DNA of 53,851 nt, filler included, from Bipalium vagum (taxonomy: Eukaryota), in assembly GCA_037834085.1 (NCBI GenBank). It is 3 parts of 3 records of this genome, joined end to end, with 100 filler letters (N's around TTAATTAATTAA, not from the genome) between each part and the next. Parts side by side here need not be neighbours in the genome. Positions count along the whole stretch, not along the records: positions 37,176 to 53,851 come from JBBMKC010098931.1; 2 more parts are not named here. One strand, written 5' to 3'. The notes under the pieces were generated by a model, which ran no database searches, was not told where the DNA came from, and was given only the letters and a program-made list of their open reading frames with translations. Position numbers and translations under genes: made by a program. This document shows, in pieces, positions 38,640-53,600 of this stretch; the first letter of the stretch is position 1; each line of letters begins with the position of its first letter.

Positions 38640-41600
38640 TCATGCCACAGCAGTTTCTAACCTTACAACTGTTGCTCTTTGATTGTTGTCCTTCAAATAG
38701 AAAATGAAAAAATATTGGATTTTATTTTCTCCGATGTCAAATTAATAAGTTATAATAGAAATACTACACTATAAATAAATATAATAATGATAATTATTAT
38801 ATAATAGATATTTAAAAATTAATCAAATGGTACTAACTCTATGATTCAAAGATTTCAAAGTATCTGATCCAGAAGTATTTTCGACGTAAATATTTGAAAC
38901 TTTCCGTGACCTAGGCTCAGTCAGTGGACCTAGACTTTCATAAGACTTCTGACTGTGACCATTAGTTTTTGAAAAATTTCCGTTAGAGTAAGGGAATAAA
39001 CAACCCTCTGAATTAGACCTTACACTATTTTGAAGATATAATTCATGAGCGTGTTCTTCTTCGAGGACTTGTAATCGTTTTGTAAAAATGCTTATCTGTT
39101 ACAAATAATCAATTGAATTTTTGTTCATCTCCAAATTTCAAGTGAAGGAATCATACCTGGTTGTTTTTCTGCTTAATTTCTGATTTATGCTTTTTTTCGT
39201 TCTCTTTTAATTTGCCTATAATATTCTGTAAAGTTTCAATTTCTTCCATTAAGCTATTCTTTTGACTTTGATAAGAAGACTACAAAAAGCAGCAAAATTT
39301 TTCAAATATTGGGAATAAAAAATTGTAACTTACAATTTCTTCATTTGTAACATGAGTTCTGATTGAAAATTTGGTTAGTTTTATCTGACTTTTTGGATCT
39401 AGTTTTGCATAATCCTTGGGCATTGATCGAGTTATATTCTGCATGCATCAAAGTTAACATTATATAATTGTTATAGAATATAAACTTTCATTCAATAAAT
39501 TTTAAATCAATAAACATCAGTTTTAAGAAACAATTATTTTTTTTTATTCTAAAAAAAATTTATACGGGGTGTCCCAAAAATTCGGTTGGTATGTTTCAAA
39601 TACAAAACGAGTTCATTTATACAAGACAAATCTTTACAGATAATAACATCCAATGTTAAATATTTTTCGTATATTTCCTTTAAATTATCTATTTTTGTTT
39701 ACATTTCAATTAAAAATCATATTGGTTTTCACGAGTTTTTAAAAATTATAATTCAAGTTCTACTTTAGTGTTAAATGGAATTCCTTGAATATTTTTATAA
39801 CGTTCCAAATGAGTCTCAAGAATTTTTATTTCTTGGATACATAGTTTTCATTAAAATGGTTTCTATATTATCTATACTATTCCATAAATAGATTTTGAAG
39901 GTGGTCTGAACCTTACTTTCTGTCAACTTCATGACTAGCACTAATCCTGTATTCCTTAAATATTTGTTTAATTCATAAATTTTTTAGTTCACAGCATGTA
40001 TTTTAAGTAGGAATGAGTTTCTGTTTTCGTTAAAATCATTTTCGGATAACACACAATGAAATTATATTGTCGTAATTACGTAAATTTTAATTAATCGATA
40101 TGTCAATATTGATTTATTAAAGACTTATTACATTTAAGATGTTTAAAATATTTTAAAAATTTTGACTTTAAGCAACATATTTTTTGGGACACCCGTAATA
40201 AAATTTTGAAAAGAAATAATATGGTAAAATATTCTTTAAAATAAAAATATTAAAATTCCAGAAGATAGTGAAAAGTTGACAATTTAAAATTTTTTTAGCA
40301 GTAATTATCATCTTTATTGATACTCTAAAATATCCATATTTTCATAAAAACAGTTAATTCCTGTTATATTTCATTTTTACCCTATGAATTTTTATGTTCG
40401 TATCGGTGAAATTTATTGAAAATAAATAAAAATAATTATCTAAAAAATTGAAATTATTTTTAAACATTTTTTTAGCACAATCAATATTATCATTTACGAT
40501 AAACCATAAATCGGGTTGAAATTCTGCACTGTGATGTGTAAAAAATAGTAAGAACAAGGTGAAAAATAAACATGTTATTTACGAACAAAATGTGAGGCCA
40601 TTACATATATTATTATTTATTAAAATTCTTAGGAATACGTAAATGTTACACAGTAATTATTTTTCTAAAACAACAACACGGTTGATAATATTTTAAATTT
40701 ACCTTTTCTAAAATACAATTTTGTACTGCCTCTTTGACCTTTTCGTTCAAAAGGCTCACAATACTTTTCCGCCTCTCATTTAGAATCAGAAATAGCTTTT
40801 GTTTCTCTGGGACATTGACTGGGATATTTAATAATTCATCATCCATAATCAAGGAACCGCTGTCATTCGTTATTCCGCCTTTTTACAGATTGTTAACACA
40901 AACATTCAAAATGATGATCAGACTAACTTCCAGCGTAATTTGATGATGTAAGACTAATTCGAGAAGATGATCTTGATATCATTACGTCATTTTCTGATAT
41001 GAAAGTATTTTGTGCAGATGGACGATATTTTTCCTGTTTGGCACAATACGTGTTGTTCTGAATCTTTTTAATATTGTTTGGGTTTCTTCGAGTGTTTGTA
41101 CTTATCATTTTTATGGGCTATAATATTATTTTTATAATTAGAATATAAAAAGTTTATTAAAAATATTTATTAGAACAGTGAAAAAGAATGTGCAATATTA
41201 TAAACATTAAATTGTTATTAAACGGAATATCTTGAAATGATTTTAAAAAGAACATATTTTATCTGCTAATTCATTTAACATCTTGAGAAAATTGTATTAG
41301 CTCAGATAGACTGATTTCAATAATATGGATTATAATATACTGATAAGTTACATTTAAGGACAGATACAAATCATTAAGGATGATGAACATATCCTTGATA
41401 GATTTTGTCAGATTTTCCTGAAGTAATAAGATATTGTCAAAGAAAAATTACATTTTTGTATCTTAATATATTTTAAAAGAGGTCTGCAATAAACACAGAT
41501 TACATACAGTGTAAGTTAAACATGGGGCAAAAAAATAAGGGATGATTCCTTGCTTTATTATATAAATAATTATATAGTAACACATTTTAGGTCGTACCAC

Positions 41601-44600
41601 TTCTAAGACACATACATTTAAAAATTTTGAAAACACAAACAATTTCAATACACAATATTTATTTACAGGAACTGTTGAAAATGACCTCTTCAGCTAATAT
41701 GCAGGAATCCAAACTTCTCATTGGATCCCGCATTCTTTCGAAAACACCAGGAAGGTTTCTTATGGAATTGCATCCATTGACTATCCGATTCCTTAAATTA
41801 TCTTCATTTTCGACTAGCGTCTTATAAACTAACGACTTTAAATGGCCCCATAAAAAATAATCGTTGGGGTTTAAGTCTTGAGACTGGGTATACCATGAAT
41901 AAAGTCCGCCTATACCAATTCAGCGATCATGATATATTGCATTTAGTGACCCACAGACAACTCCACTAAAATTCACCGGCGCTCTGTCATACATAAACCA
42001 CATGACTTTTCTCATTCCCAATGGTATATCCTCAAGCAAGTTAGGTAACATATCATCCAAAAATTAAATTGATTAAGCAATTTGTATAGGGAAAAACAAA
42101 AAAATCCATATAAAAGAAATGTATTCAGTTTTAAGACAGGCTCTTAAAATTTCATTAAAATGTACGTGTATCTTGATTTACTTGTTAAACACCAGATAAA
42201 ATGGATAATAATTTTAAAATTACAGAGTTTAGAATTATTTCACAATAGCTGAGAAAAGATTTCAAGGTCGGGACAGCTTTCGGTGAAAAAATATATTTAA
42301 GTTAAAATGAAGAGAATAACAATAATTTTAATATTAGTCTGCTAATGAAAAATGTCTCATTGTAATATCTTTAATTATAACAATCATAATCAAAATTACT
42401 TAAATCAATAAAATTAATAATTCAGACGATCCACATATTACCGAGAGAATATTTAGAGCTGTACGTATGTTTTTAATAATTTTCTTGAAAAATCAATAAA
42501 TAATATCTGCCTTCGTTTTATATAAAGAAATAATCTTCTTTTTTTCAAATATATTTGTAACAAATAAACTACTACTTATTCAACATTGATCTAAGAAACA
42601 GAATTTAAACACTGAATGTAATATTCAGAAGATAAGATCTGTATGTAATATTGATTGAATAACTTCTATAAACTGTTTCCATAAAAAAAGCGATTTATCA
42701 TTAATAAATAAAAAAACACCAATGATTACTTCGAATCTTTGATTGATGAAATTGATCGTATCCTTTGCTAAATATACAAAAGATTTAGCCAAACAAGGGT
42801 TTGGTAGATCGTATGAGACACTCAATGCACTACTCTTACGGCGAATTGATGATCTAAATAATTCATTTCATAATATTTTCTTTAGGAAAAAGTCCTTACC
42901 TGTGAGTTAAATCTTGAATATTTATACTCACTTTTGATTTACGATAGGAAAGGTTACTTATTTCAGACCACACGTAGCTCTGTCGAGAAAATACACTTAA
43001 ATCACGATATTTTTAAGATATTAATAAAACGATGATTTATTTGTTTTATTGAATTTATCTCCATCTCATTGGCTCCTATCATTATGGAAACTTAAAATTT
43101 TCAAGTTTATTATATAATGAAATTTCATTTAATTTCACAGCTCTTTATAAAACTTGTCTGATCAATAATTAAATAACATTATTAACATTATTAAATCAGT
43201 CAGAATTTAAGATTTTTCCCAACATTTTCACTCATCTATGATGGAAAATTTTTATTAATAATGTGTATAGATCTCTATTGTTTTCTGGCAGCTTCACATA
43301 ATACAATGAGTATGAAAGTAAATTTTTCTACTTCTAAAATATTATTTCTTAGCAGACAAATATTATTTCTATTTCAGAAGAATAGATTTAGTAAGCAATT
43401 TTATACAACTTGATGACATGATGGACACAATACTAATATAATAATGAAGAATGTTTAATATTTTACTTTTAATCCCACTGATATCTGATTTTTTGTACTT
43501 AGGATAATAAATTAAATAATAAATCAAAATCCACAATTCTTGTTGCAAAGTCTTATTTAATTTTTATTCGAGGTAGAGATTTTTTTATCACTTAAATATT
43601 ATCATTGACTATCACTTAATGTTTTATAATTTAAAATTTAAGTCTTAACTTTTTGAAATTTGAAACTGTGCTGATAAATAAATGTAATACACATTTTATA
43701 TTATGGCCCGGAAAAATATTAAAGTTATAATCAAAATAAATCGCTTAATTATAAAATAATTAAATAATATAGGAAAATTTTATTACTGTTTTACTTCAAT
43801 TATTTTCAAAGAAATATAATTCAAAAGGAAAGATAATTATGGGAAATAAAATGATTTTATTCATTTAATAAATTTACACCAATCGGATTAGTTCTTTTTT
43901 CGGCATAAATTACGCTAACATTAAACTAGGAAATTGAAAAAAGATTTTGATACTTTTTGACATAACCTCAAAATCAAGAACATAAATTAATTGACATAAT
44001 TTCTTAAAAAAAATAAAAATTTTTTGATTTATTATACATAATTTTTATTTACTTTGCATTAATAATTATTATAATTTTTCAGGAAATTCTTACACTTTAA
44101 AAAAACCAATTTGTAATATTACCCAATACTCTAGAGTGTTTCGTTAAATTAATTATTTACTTTAACTTATCGACAAGAGAATATTATAAGTAAAATATCT
44201 TTATCTATATCTAAATTATTTTAAAGATATTATAATTGATATTTATGAATTAATTTAATAACGTTTCATAATTTTTGTTAATATAAATATCGACACTTAA
44301 TGTAGATTATTATGTAGATGATGATGATTTCATGCCGAAAAATAGGAACTACATGACAGTAAGTAGATCACGATTTTACACAAAACGAAAAAAAATTTAA
44401 ATGACTAAATAAATAATATTAACAATAATTACAATAATAATTATCTAGGATTTCAGTAGTACAAAAGAAGTATGTGATTTTATACTCAAATCATAATTAT
44501 TTATTCAATTTTTTAAAAATGTTTACATGAATATGTTTTGCTAACCAGTACAATTAAAACTGTAACTGTCAAACTAAAAGACGATGAAAAAAACAAGATG

Positions 44601-47600
44601 TCTACTATTTTCAATCAATAAATATAACATCATCAGCACTGGTCAGTCTTATAATAACAGGCTTACTTAAAACAGATAAATCTAACACGTACAAAAATGT
44701 ATTGCATTTACTCATTTCTAATGTCAATTATCGACCTGAAATAATTAATAAATGGAAATTATCTATTTGTAAACAGAATCACCATTTCCTTTCAATTTTT
44801 AAAATTTTGCCAAAAATTAGCTATCGTAGAAACAAAATGTCACATTCGTGTAAGCATTTTAACTGTATGAAAGTAAACTATAAGATTAATTGATTTTTCA
44901 TGAACTTCACAAAAATAAGATTATAGACTTACGCGATTCAATCACAAAGCTGAAAAAAGACTTGACAAAAACGAATTATATTTTAAAGAATTGATAAAAC
45001 TAATAGAAAACACGATCACTTTTATTAAAAATAATCGTCTTGACAGGACTGTTTTCCATAGGAAAATGTCATTATTTTATTCAGTTTTCAAAATAAAAAT
45101 CTATAATTAAATGAGAAATAAGATTTTTAAAAACATGTGTATAATAAGATATTATTTCAATTAAATAATGATTAAAATTTGATTTAAAAACATAATAATC
45201 AATTTGAAAATAACTTTAAAAATACACTTACCAATTTTATTATGGATTTGTTCCAATTTTCGCATTCATAAAATCCAGCTTTAGTAATGCCAATGGTGAT
45301 TGTAGAATTATTAAAGTTCTGTGATAGTTATAATAAAACGATCAAAGTAACGAAAAGAATTGACAATGATAATACTAATTACAATCAATGATTTAAATGA
45401 ACTGCTGCTATTATTGAAAATCACTGGTTACAAATACAAAAACTCATTGTCAAATATCACGACACACTCTACACACACGCATACTGATTACATCAAAAAA
45501 CAAAGATTAAAAATGATCATTTTTATTTATTTAGAAGTTGCTCAATTAAAACAATAACGCATAGATTGAAATAAAATTATCAAAATAACGAGTCCTGATT
45601 TAATATTTCCCATTTTCCAAATAATTATAACTATTTTTAAAATTCAATATTTCAAGAAAATAGAAACACTTAAAAATTAACAGAAATAATTTTATTTGAA
45701 ACTTTTAAAAGAACAAGAAAAAAATTGCAAGCAGTAAAAAATCAAAAAATAAAAGAATCAAATTCTAAAAATTATTTTAAATATTCTCAATATAAATATT
45801 CTCAAAATGATAATATTCTCAATAAATATTCTACATTCTAAAAATAAATCAATCAATAAAAAGTAACTAGATCGATCTTTAAAAATAACTATTTAACATT
45901 AATAATATTAATTTGTCAAGAAATTAATGCCGTTTTAAAACTTTTAAAAGATCAATTTATCTTAAGTAATTAATTGTTGATTAAAGTAATTTTAGATTAT
46001 TTCAAAACACGAAAAGATGTCATTACAACCTAGTATATATGGATAGTTTAAGAAATAAATGACAAGGAAATAATAAAAATACACGATGCATACAATTCGC
46101 GAATAAAAAACCTTAAACATAAAAAATGATAATTCAAAAAAGTTTCTCCAATTTTAATTTATTGGGAAATTACCAACAAAAATTATTTTTCCAACCAATT
46201 TTTTAAATTGAGAAAAACTTTAAAATTTTAATTCTTGATATTCACAAAATGATGCTAGAAATCCAAAGGGTACATAAAAAATATTTGGAAATACTTATAA
46301 TTATTTAAATAATTTTCTTTCGTATATATTTTATCAATCTTTCAAAAAGGTTTAATAAATGTTAGAAGTTAAGAAATGAAAATTAAGAAGAGATTAACAA
46401 ATATGACAATAAGATAGTTTGCTTTTTGCTTAATAATTTCCGTCATCTTTATTTCTTATTAAATATAAATTATTTTTCACTTTTGTTTAGATTATATATA
46501 TATAGGTAATACGATGCATAATTATAATTTTATTATTTTACAACCTTAAAAGCATCAGATTAATTCTAATCATCCTTTAAAACTTATTAAGAGGCTTTCC
46601 TCATATTATTTCAAAAATATTTTCAGATACATTTAGTCAATTTTATTTAAGCAAGATTGTCTAATAACTTTATTTAATTGAAAGTTAAGAAAGATTTCAA
46701 ATTCCATTTTTAAATCCCTCAAGAAAGAAATATTATGTAAGACTACTTCGGAAAAAATATTCAATGTAGCAATGTTTATATGCTGAAGTTCTAATAATTT
46801 TTATGTATCATCTATTATTTTGTTTTAATAATGAGATAGATCTTATCTAAGAACTACAATTCAATTTAAAGTAACTTAATAAAACCTATTCAAATTTGCA
46901 GTTCATTTATTTTACACTTATCAATGTATTTTCTCTTTTTTCATCCTAAAACGACACCTGTTTAATTAAATTAGAGATAACAGACTTAATTTTTCGTTTG
47001 GAATAAAAATTATATCTTGCCTATATACTATTGCATAGTCAAGAAAAGTAAATAATGACATTAAATAGAGGCTTTTAAAATTTTAATTTTGTATACTTTA
47101 TTTAACGAAAAGGAAAAAAATGATTTTTGTGGAATTTTTTTAATGTTCTTGAAAACCATATTAACAAATTTATTTTTTCAAAATAATTCTTTATATTATT
47201 TGTCAACATAATTCAGTTTTCTCAAAATTTATTCGATTTATTTCTTATCACCACTCAAAAGGTATATTGATGGTCGAAAAGATTATTAAATAAAATTTCT
47301 TGATTTTTTCAAAATTTTTTTCGTATATACGACAATTTTTATTGGGGGAACACTGTCTTGCATATTATTCCATAGACCGGAAAAAATTTTAAATTAAATA
47401 GTATTTTGGTCATGTTTAGTTTTCAAAATTTTCGAATGTATTTTGGATAGATTTCTATCTATATAAATATTACTATTACTATCTAGTACCAATTGTAGAT
47501 CGAGTTTAAGTACTATTTATAATTAAGTACTAAAATTTCAAATCATATCATTTCATGTTTGATTAAGATATTTTTAAATATGCCAAAACAAAATATTACG

Positions 47601-50600
47601 ATTTCTAATAATAAAATAAATGTTAAAACTTTAACAAGAAATTAATTTTAATTTTTAATAACATGGTAAGGATTAAATTTTAATTAATATTAAATAATAA
47701 ATAATAAATATTTTTAAAATAAATTTTAAAGTAACATATTAAAATATAATCGTTAATGTAAAGTAAATTTTTAAAATAATTTTCATAAATTTAAAGGTTT
47801 TTTAAAAATTAATAATTAAATTAATTTTAATAAAATTATCAGATAATAAATTTGATTAAGTAAAGGATAAAAAGGGGACACTTATTAAAACCATAACATT
47901 ATTTTCTTCGAATAAAAATGTTACCAAATCTTGAGTTTATGAATTCAGAAACTGTTGATAACGTTGCAGTAACTAACAAATATCAAATATTAACAAGATT
48001 TGAAATTTAAAGAAAATTTCAATTGCGTAAAGTATGATCAAATTTTCTTCGAAATATAGTTTAATATAACAAAAAATTATGAAATTCATGAAAATATCTC
48101 CAACAAATTAAGAGAAAAATTTTAAAAATGTAAAACCTAATGACATAAATCTATAAAAATTTCTCTAGATAGATAAATAATAATTTATTACAAATAGTAG
48201 AACTTAAAATAAAATTAAGTCCTGCAAATAATGTATTCTTGATATTTTTAAATATACTAAATTATATAGGATTATAGAGAAATATTAAAATTGGTTTTTA
48301 TAAAAATTTTAAAAATGAGTTGGAAATTTATGAAAAATTGATATTTTGCATCATCAATTTAGACAGACCCCAACTTAGTGCTAGATATATTCTAATTAAA
48401 ATTGCTACTAGTGTCAAATATCAACGAGATCAAGATAGATCATTAAGTGATATTCTACTTATGACCATAGTAATCACGATCAAATGACATCAATACTCAT
48501 TACTAATTAGATTACATTACCATGTACACAGTATCATAGTTGGAATATATTGAAATGTAATTAGAATGACGGCCCATAAAATATTCAAGAGAATCAAGTA
48601 TTAATATGTGTTAACTCAAAGCCTTAAACATTTTCTTTCTATTTTATCCGTTATTTACAAACTGCTTATATTTTAATACTTTTCAATAATTCCGTTGTTT
48701 TTCCATTTATTTTGAAATCGATAGTTAAAAATAATATTTTATGTTAAAAATTTTTGAAGTGTTTGATATAAATTAGAATTTTAAAAATAAAATTAAGATA
48801 AAACAAAATATATTATATATAATCAATTTATTCTCCATATTATTCTTTTCTTTCTTATTTGCATAAATTTTTAATTCTTTCTCGAGTTTTAAGATTATCA
48901 AATATTGATTTTAATCGATAAAAATCATAATTGTCTTAAATCAGTAATTTTGTTCCATTTATAACAGAAAATTAATTTCAGATAATAGATTTTAAAATAA
49001 AAATAATCAAAATTTGTTATCACAAATGGGAATTTCAAAAAGAATACATAAAAATATAATAAAAATGAGACAATTTTATTTGTGAAAATAATATTAATGT
49101 CAACAACAATAAAAATAATTATAAATCAAGTACTTTTGCCATAAAATAATGAGTCATTTGGTATGGCAGCTCCAAGATTTTGATTACAAATCTGGAAAAT
49201 AAAGACAAATGACGACTCTCTTTTTTTAACAGAAGCTTGCCTTTTTTCTATTTCTTCTTTTGAGATTGATTCGTAATCCTCATACTTATTTATGATTTGT
49301 TGAATGCTTAATTTTATTTAAAAGAATTCATATTTTATGTTATATATAAAGTAATTCACCAAAAATTTATAGATGGGTGCTTTGAAAATAAGTGAGCGGG
49401 TATTATATTCATTTTCTCTATATCTTCAAAACTGCAAATGTAAAAATCAATCGAATAAGTTATTAATCAAAATAAATAAATAGATATTTAAAATAATAAA
49501 TTATATTTTAACCAATAATTACAAAATACACAATTTGAATTCTAAAAATCAATTGACGTATTAGTTCGTCTAGGAAACATAAACAATAATTGTCAGTTCC
49601 AGCTATTTATTAGCAAATAACCCGAGGCTAATTATATAAGTTAATAAATGTCACCATAATAATGTCTGTGAAAATATTTGTTTATTAATTATCACATATG
49701 TGATAACCTTCACGAAAAATTCGAAGCGATCAATGATTGAATCAGTTTGTTACATATAAATTTTTTGTGGAAGTGACACAATTGCAGTTATTAATAATGA
49801 AAACCATTGCAAAATTCAATGTAATTTTATTTTTTTAAAAATATTTAGACAAAAAATCAATATATAAAACTAATTTAATTTCATTTCATAATAGCAGACC
49901 TAAAGTAGAAGTGAGATTTTGGTTCAACTCAGATTTAATATTCTTTAACTGAAAAAATGATTATAAAATATTTTCCTAATCATTATTTTTAAAATTAAGA
50001 ATAAAATATATTTACTTATAAAAAATTATTTTTTAATTTGTCATTTCTTGTTTTGACTGTAACACGAAGACGACTAATAACTATTTTTTAGGAATATTTT
50101 TAATCAAAATTTATTAATACAATAAAAGCCTGCTTTATTAAATGACTTATGTGCTTATAAAATCGATTTACTGTTAATTAAATATTTGTTTGTTAGATTT
50201 ATGTTAGATCTAGTTCAACAAAAAAGTGTATTTGGTTATTCGTCATTAAATATCAATTTCAGTGTAAACAACCAATCAGGGAACATCTTGAAACACATGG
50301 TCATTGAGAGGTTTTGGAAAGTTTGTTAGATCAGTAAGATGTATGATATCGTATTTGTCATCTTAATTAATTTTCTCGACTCACTAATAGAAAATTGTGA
50401 GCTTTTTATTTAATAAAATACAAAGCTATAATTTTTTTAGAAAATGTTTAATATTTAATTTAACTCAAATTCAAAACTAATTGAATCAATTTATGGTAAA
50501 AAAATTCATTTTTCACTAATTGATAACTGGAAATGAAAAATGGGTGACACAATATACTCAAGTACATTAGTTTATTCAATTAACAAATTACATGTTTTTT

Positions 50601-53600
50601 CTTTTGTTTTTTAGATATCCATTGTTTACCAGAAACATGAATTTAGAAGATTATGAAAATAACATTTTTGATTAATCACAAAATTTGGAAAAAAATATAT
50701 ATCACAAAGAACCGATTTTAACTTAATCCAAATCATGATAAGACGTAATGAAAATGGCATGATTGGAGTTTTTGTTTAGGTTGTCTTCCTTGACATTTTT
50801 TAACAATAAATTTAAAACAATATATAAGAAAACAGAACAGAAAATTAATAAAAGTTAATTAACACGAGACATAGACAAATATCGTGTTATTTATTTAGTT
50901 GTAAGATTTAAAAAGCATTTTCGTCAAAATAAATGTCAAATCAAATTTTTAACAGAATTTCATTATATATTCAAAATTTCCTAAAAATAATATAAAATTC
51001 ATTATCGTAAGTATTTTTAAATGTTCGCCAAATATAAAACAATATCTGACACCATGCGATTAAAGTTCTTAAAACCGCCATACAAATATTTAAGTGGTGG
51101 TACACAGTGTTGGCGACTTGAATGATTTTTCAGAATTTTTCAAACTTTATTTTCTAAACTGAATTTTTTAAATAGAAAGGAATCCTACATTTGATATTAA
51201 TAAAAGTAAAATTATTTCATTAAAATCTAATTTCATTTAAAACTAAAATTTCCGTTAATTTACAGAAAAGAATAAATTGAAGTATAATTAATTTATCCAA
51301 TATAGGTTTTAGGTCCTAATTCAATTACTGCTTTTATAGTTTTCTCATTCGATCATTTTTTATTTTATCCAGAAAGGGCAATTTATCAACTAAAATTATT
51401 TTATGTTGTGAATTACAGCCTATCATTATTTGTCTAATTCTAAGGATTTCTACTAAAATAATAAAGTAATAAATAATCAATAAAGTTATACAATAAAGTA
51501 TATAAAATTAATTTAATTATGAGAATAATATTAGAAATTAAATATTAAACAATATTTTATAAATAAATAAATTTTTCTAAGCTGTCAGAAAAACTGGGTG
51601 TCGGAAAAGTCATTAGCAATATATATGACAAAATTTCATAATTTAGAAAAAAAATCATGACATTTTTTTTATGAAGAACTAGTAAACTATTCTAAATTTT
51701 AATTTACTCAACTTTTTTGCCACCAAGCTCAATAAATTAAACAAAACGATAAAAGACGGTCATAGCATTTTGACACATAATAATGGGTATTTTCGAAAAT
51801 TATTTATTCGAAATAAATAAAATTAACGTGTTAAAATGTATCCACCCGAATTAAAGCAAAAATTATAATCTTTATTCAAAAGAAATATACACAAAGCAAA
51901 CATCATATGCTAGGTGATGAAAACTTAAAAATCACCCTGGTAATAAGAAAATAAAGTTTTTTGTGAAATTCAATTTTTTTAAACTTTAACTTAATAACAA
52001 GGAGCACGAGGTGGCAATAGAAATGACAATATACAATATATAACTTTAATTACAAGGTCGTTAAGATAAATCCGGAACATTTTCAAAATTATATTAAAAT
52101 AAGATTATTTGGGTAATCACTATAATTATTTTTGTTTAACTAAGCTAATTTATCAATTAAATAGATTAATCAAATTCCAATTATTTAATATTAGTCATGG
52201 GTTCAGAATATGAACACTGGTGGAATCACATAGCTCCGGAAGAAACCCAAAAGAAATAATTGAATGGTTTGTCTACAACAAAACCAAAGTTTGTGAATTG
52301 GAAAAAAGATATATCGAGACAAAGGCCACAGATACATATATCCACGTATATTCAATACCAAAAGAGAAAACCACAATAAGCGATCTGATCGCAAATAAGA
52401 ATGATGGTGCCATAATAGGAATAATGACTAAATGAGACAGAGAAGAGGTCAAGGAAGCATAAATTAAAAATTATCTACTAAAAATTTTCTTAAATCTAAT
52501 TCTTTAAAATTTTTAAATCTTTTCAAAAATTTACCTTCATATTTTAAAATTAATTATAATATTATTTAATTATTTAATATTAATGCTCTCAAACTTATCA
52601 AGACTCATGATAATTCTGCCCCGAGAACTCTATTTGTCACGAGTAGTTTAACATCTCAAGGCTCATGGAACAAGAACAAAAATGATAAATAGTATTTCTC
52701 TACACACCTACAATAAGGATACACTCCAATATCTGCTGCTCACGACATATTTGACAATATACTAGTTGGCTTGAATATTTATCCCTGCTCCTTATTTTCG
52801 AATTAGCCTAAAAAACTAATGATCAATAGTATGAGGGTGAAAAGATAACGAAGACGCAGGGTTTTTGTTTACTAATTTTTAGATGTATGTATTTTTATGG
52901 TGTAATGTATAAACGATTTTTCTGAAAGGGCAATTCCTGAGAACCTTATTCATTCTCAAACACCCACCGATTATTCCGAGAAACAATTAATAAGGCTCTC
53001 TTTTTTCTGGAATCTGTGATATAATTTTGACGTAGGTCATAGGGTTTTTTTCTGGTATAGTCGAATGGGTGATGTGTGAGGCGAATTTGGAATTGAACTT
53101 TCTAGACTCAGATAAGATATTTTTTGCTGTTGTTGGATTTTGTCTGTTTGTTTGGTAAGTTGAGTAATTTCCTATGCCGAGGAATAAAAAATGTTGATGG
53201 TAGTAAAGAAGAAAATAAATGAAATGATGCAAGCCAAAAATTACAAACGAAGATGACAGAAAAGAGTTTAATAAATAAAGTGTTGATTTTTTTAGTGCAT
53301 TCCGAGTCCGACTTGAAGTTGTTGTGACCACTAATGGTGATCCCATCGAATAATTCAAAAATTTACACTTTCATTCAGTTATGTGAAAAATTATTATAAT
53401 TAATTTCTATTGTAATAAAGTAAAAAAGTAATAAAGTTTTGTCTAGTTACATCTTTTTATTAAGATTATTGACTTTTCGAATTTATCTAATTGAGAGATC
53501 ATTCTGAAAAATTTTGAACAATGAATAAATCAATCAGATCATTTAAAATAAAAATATAGATTTAAACCTTCTTATTTTTGCATCATCCAAGTGCAGAGTC

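Noticed and set aside
41358-41410. Imperfect ~55-nt hairpin (miRNA-like) in a FRMD4 intron
   Set aside because: AT-rich stem with bulges and a very small loop; expected by chance without small-RNA evidence.
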